IMG/VR virus record: IMGVR_UViG_3300005662_000001
Span: 1 to 55,546 of that record
Length of the DNA: 55,546 nt
Source: a virus
Lineage: Duplodnaviria; Caudoviricetes
Reading direction: 5' to 3' (one strand)
Both the position numbers and the translations under genes were made by a program. This document shows, one piece after another, positions 54,975-55,546 of this stretch. Under the pieces are notes generated by a model, which saw only the letters and a list, made by a program, of their open reading frames with translations, was not told the DNA's origin and searched no databases. The stretch's first letter is position 1; each line of letters opens with the position of its first letter.

Positions 54975-55546
54975 ATGACCCTCCGACCCACGGCTGGCGT
55001 GCCTGCATCGTCTTCCCATCGACGTTGGTTGATGTACGTCAGCGGTGCTGGCTCAAACCCGCCAGTCCATTGGTCAGTCACCTTGAGAATGTTGACTTGG
55101 GAGATGATGGTCTCCGCCACAGAGTCAAGCCCAGCCTTCGCCCACTTCTTCTGGCACTCTGCTTTTGCGACCTTGCGTTTGGAGGCAGGCCAAGCATTCC
55201 AGAACTCGTCGAATTTCGACGATGTATTTATATTCTTATTCTGTATCTGTATCTTCTTAGGGTTATCTTTCGCTTTCGATTCGGTTTTCGATTCGGTTTT
55301 TGACGGTCTCCCGCCTCGCTTTCCGAGTTGTCGATTATTTTCAACTTGATGTTGATACTTAGTAACTTCGACATGGCAACGATTGTTAAAATACCCTGTT
55401 TCGGTACGTTCAAAGAATTCATCCAAAACCGATTCGGTTATGTCTAAATCAAGGCGAATCTTCCTTGCAACCGATTCGGTATCAAGTGGGATTTCCTTCT
55501 CGCTCATGTAGTAAAGGTCAAGCAGGCGTCGGTACGCCAAGTCCTC
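54971..55546 (-). CDS. 3' part of YdaU/DUF1376-family replication initiator (starts at 183)
   Basis: AYRRLLDLYY, G.RGGRP, FDEFWNAWP, P.TYINQRRWED. Confidence 0.85.
   Translation of the reverse strand, partial: EDLAYRRLLDLYYMSEKEIPLDTESVARKIRLDLDITESVLDEFFERTETGYFNNRCHVEVTKYQHQVENNRQLGKRGGRPSKTESKTESKAKDNPKKIQIQNKNINTSSKFDEFWNAWPASKRKVAKAECQKKWAKAGLDSVAETIISQVNILKVTDQWTGGFEPAPLTYINQRRWEDDAGTPAVGRRVI
55267..55300. repeat. Tandem iteron-like repeats in the initiator gene
   Basis: TTTCGATTCGGT twice in tandem, encoding KTESKTES. Confidence 0.6.
55427..55546. repeat. Terminal 120-bp direct repeat, right copy
   Basis: Identical to 1-120. Confidence 0.95.

Noticed and set aside
1-55546. Stop-codon reassignment
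   Set aside because: Genes tile densely under the standard code and use TAA, TGA and TAG as stops

Overview
This is a complete, circularly permuted dsDNA tailed-phage genome (Caudoviricetes) of about 55,426 bp; bases 1-120 are identical to 55427-55546 and split a replication gene. The layout is podovirus-like: TerS, TerL, a large modular protein, P22-like portal, GroES, scaffold, capsid, head-tail and fibre genes, lysis, tail, then ejection proteins with a lytic transglycosylase, all on the minus strand. A short plus-strand SSB/nuclease operon diverges from a Cro-like gene. I saw no integrase, CI repressor, DNA polymerase, tRNA or CRISPR. A freshwater betaproteobacterial host is only a guess. 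Best leads: (1) a CmoA-like carboxy-SAM synthase coupled to a C5 cytosine methyltransferase carrying the cofactor-pocket changes PCQ>PCA and GN>GR, suggesting DNA carboxymethylation or a related alkylation, plus a nested second-frame gene with its own Shine-Dalgarno; (2) an acyl carrier protein and beta-ketoacyl synthase translationally coupled between tail and ejection genes, suggesting virion protein acylation; (3) a hydrophobic-[AK]-x-G-G motif marking module boundaries in five late proteins, suggesting polyprotein processing or capsid targeting; (4) an alternating glycine-rich/partner adhesin array; (5) repeated promoter cassettes and CGAA-based repeats. All family assignments come from motif recognition by eye, not database searches.
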